A stretch of 63,997 bases of DNA, counting the filler, from Olpidium bornovanus S191 (taxonomy: Eukaryota; Fungi; Olpidiomycota), in NCBI GenBank assembly GCA_017911155.1. It is 25 parts of 25 records of this genome, joined end to end, with 100 filler letters (N's around TTAATTAATTAA, not from the genome) between each part and the next. Parts side by side here need not be neighbours in the genome. Positions count along the whole stretch, not along the records: positions 59,850 to 63,997 come from JAEFCI010000722.1; 24 more parts are not named here. The stretch is one strand, 5' to 3'. The notes beneath the pieces were generated by a model. The model saw nothing but the letters and a program-made list of their open reading frames with translations, had not been told where the DNA came from and made no database searches. The position numbers were made by a program, and so were the translations under genes. Shown piece by piece: positions 61,784 to 63,997 of this stretch. The first letter of the stretch is position 1; every line of letters begins with the position of its first letter.

Positions 61784-63867
61784 TGTCGGTCGTGCCTCGC
61801 CGGAGGCCGCGGGCCGAGCGTACAAGCAAGAAGGGCTTGCAGCGCAAGGACCCGACGACGCCGAGGGAGGCGCTGCGGGGTTCTCCTTCCGTTAGGCGGC
61901 CGGGGGATCGCGCGAGCGCCTCTTTCGTCCCCAGACCGACAGGGAGGGTGGGAGGCCCTGTATCTATCTCTCTCTCTCTCTCTCTTTCCGATCTCCGTTC
62001 GTTCCTCCAAGCGCGAAGCGGCGGGAGGGGGATCCGCAGGTCGGACGCGGGCGGGAAAGAGGGTGAGCGAGAGAGCGCCGACGAGAGAGCGAGAGGAAAA
62101 GACGGAAAGAGGCGGCGAGAGGAGCAGGAGGCTGGCGAGCGCGAGAGGGGCGGAGGGGCGAAGGGGGCAGGGAAGGGAGGGGGGGGGGTGAGGGCAGGGG
62201 ACGGAGGGCGGAGAAGTGGCGCTCTCGCCGGGCGGTCCGCGCGCCGTCGTTCGCCGTGGCAACCGAGGGGAAGCGGAGGGGCGGGGGAGGCGTCGCGGGA
62301 GAAAACGACAGTGGACAGCTGAGGGCACAATTGCACAAATCGATTTATTTTTTTATTTTCGCTCTCTCTCTCTCTCTCTCGCTTCACCGCAGAGAGACAA
62401 ATTTCTCGGGGCATCAACGGACTGGCTGAACACCTGACTATTTGTGTAGCTAATAGGAAAACAACCCCGTCAAACCGTGCATGTGCGCGGAGACCAGGAG
62501 ATCCGCGGATGACGCCTGAGTGGTGTTTGTTTGTTTTATTTTCAGTTGAACAACCAAAAAATCATGTAGGGCGCGTGAATCTGTGTTGTCGGCGTGGATG
62601 TCCTCGAGCGTTTTCAGGTATCTGCGGTGGCGTATCGACAGAAAGAATGAAAGAACGTTCGTCGAATATGTAAACCGACCAACGGCGCAGGCAACATCGA
62701 AACCGATCGACAGAGGAATTAACGAGAGCATGTGAAAAAAAAATGAGCGGTAATAAACAAATGCCCTGGACCTGGGAAATCATATCGTCCAGGCCTACCG
62801 ACGTCACAGAACGCACGTCGAGATCCATACTCAGCATCTCCCTTTGCTAACCAGCGTGAAATAAGCAAGCCACCAGGCTCATGTTTGCTGCCACCACAGC
62901 AATTTGGCGAACGGCATCCGTCGATGCCAACGGCCCGTCCACCCTCGTGATCCTCCCTGTCAGAACCACGGTTGTCGAAAAGTTCATCTCCGCGCGGTCC
63001 CGGCCCTGCGTTGTTATGCTCAGGTGCTGGAGGTGGCTCTCTTGCCATCGGTCTCCACCGACACGAAGCCGGGATACATTTGTCGAATCAGACGTGCTTG
63101 CTGCGGAAACGAGGGTCACGTCCAGGGGTGCCGCATAGATGACCCACCAAATTCCTTGAAGTCTGCGCGGCCGGTCTTCTTGATATGCGTCCTGTTTAAA
63201 GCCTCGACTACGCAATGGAAGTTGCGCTTAAGCACTGCCCCTGGTCGAAACGGCATCGGCGGCAAGTCGTCGCATGACAAGGATAAGGGAAATGAGTCGG
63301 CACATAAGGCCAATGCCAAAGACAGTAACGTCCACGGTACTGAGAAAGTCGAACTGCAACGCCCAGCCAAATGTGTTAAAATTACCGGGGAAAGGGCGTG
63401 TCAGGCAGGTGAGCAACAACCTTTGTGTTTCACTGCAAAAAACGGAACCAGGTTAGCTTTTATGACTTCCGAGCTAGCTCGGTTTCCGCCATGAACGGCG
63501 GGCATGGCCGGCACGGCCACCATGGCGGGCGGTCATGGCAGGAAGGGCGAGCATCGCCAGCATGGTGGTCTGACGAAAAATCCTCGCCCCTCCTTGTTTT
63601 TTCCTTTTTTCTTTTCTCCAGGTTCTACCAGGAAGTTCTCCTTGAAGCATTTTTTTTCTGCCGCTGTCGTTCGTCTTTTTTTTTGCAGGGAAAGCTCATT
63701 TTTTGATGGAGTTACTAACTACAAGTGCTAACCATTGTACTGACTTCGTTCCGGAGACAGCTGCGCTACGGGCTTGGCCGCAGTCTCGTTGGTTCGGCGG
63801 CGCGGGGGGGGACCTTTCTCAGACTAGCAGAAAACGTCTGTCCCCCCGTCGCCGCCTGGATGGTCGA

Positions 63868-63997
63868 GGCAGTTTTTCGACCTGCCAGGGTCGCTTCGAG
63901 CTGGGGCAGTTTTACGACCTGCCGAGGTCGCTTCGAGTTGGGGCAGTTTTACGACCTGCCGAGGTCGCTTCGAGTTGAGGCAGTTTTTCGACCTGCC
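63868..63997. repeat. 37-bp tandem repeat, at least 3.5 copies, running to the window end
   Basis: Units start at 63868, 63905, 63942 and 63979: GGCAGTTTT(T/A)CGACCTGCC(AG/GA)GGTCGCTTCGAG(C/T)TG(G/A). Confidence 0.96.

Noticed and set aside
62450-63500. Possible minus-strand exons of another gene
   Set aside because: Some segments look coding, but I could not build a consistent spliced model or recognise a family.
63868-63997. 37-bp palindromic repeats as a CRISPR array
   Set aside because: The units are head to tail with no unique spacers, the context is eukaryotic, and there are no cas genes.

Overview
This is a concatenated draft assembly of a GC-rich, intron-rich eukaryote, not one locus. 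It holds 25 unlinked contig pieces (about 1.1-7.6 kb) joined by 24 identical 100-bp spacers (44 N + TTAATTAATTAA + 44 N). Gene content is fungal: Dbf2/Sid2 kinase, mitochondrial cytochrome c peroxidase, beta-carbonic anhydrase, Swi5/Sae3, Rex1, Cdc6, XAP5, Sif2/TBL1, uS2m, eS24 and a fungal alpha/beta hydrolase. It also carries clear homologs of the distal-centriole proteins OFD1 and C2CD3, so the source is most likely a flagellated (zoosporic) fungus, Olpidium- or chytrid-grade (inference, species not determined). Mobile DNA comprises three decayed Ty1/copia fragments, a Ty3/gypsy-type gag remnant and two pieces of an IS630/Tc1/mariner-like DDE transposase, one with three spliceosomal introns. 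I found no tRNA, rRNA or CRISPR array. The most notable observations are the OFD1 and C2CD3 centriole genes, 11-nt and 15-nt micro-exons carrying catalytic His residues in two enzymes, the intron-bearing transposase, a recurrent RTCACGTG promoter motif, and strong CATG enrichment at contig ends (a library artefact). All family calls come from recognised motifs, not database searches. I did not find a clearly new multi-gene system, and the contigs are too short to show one.
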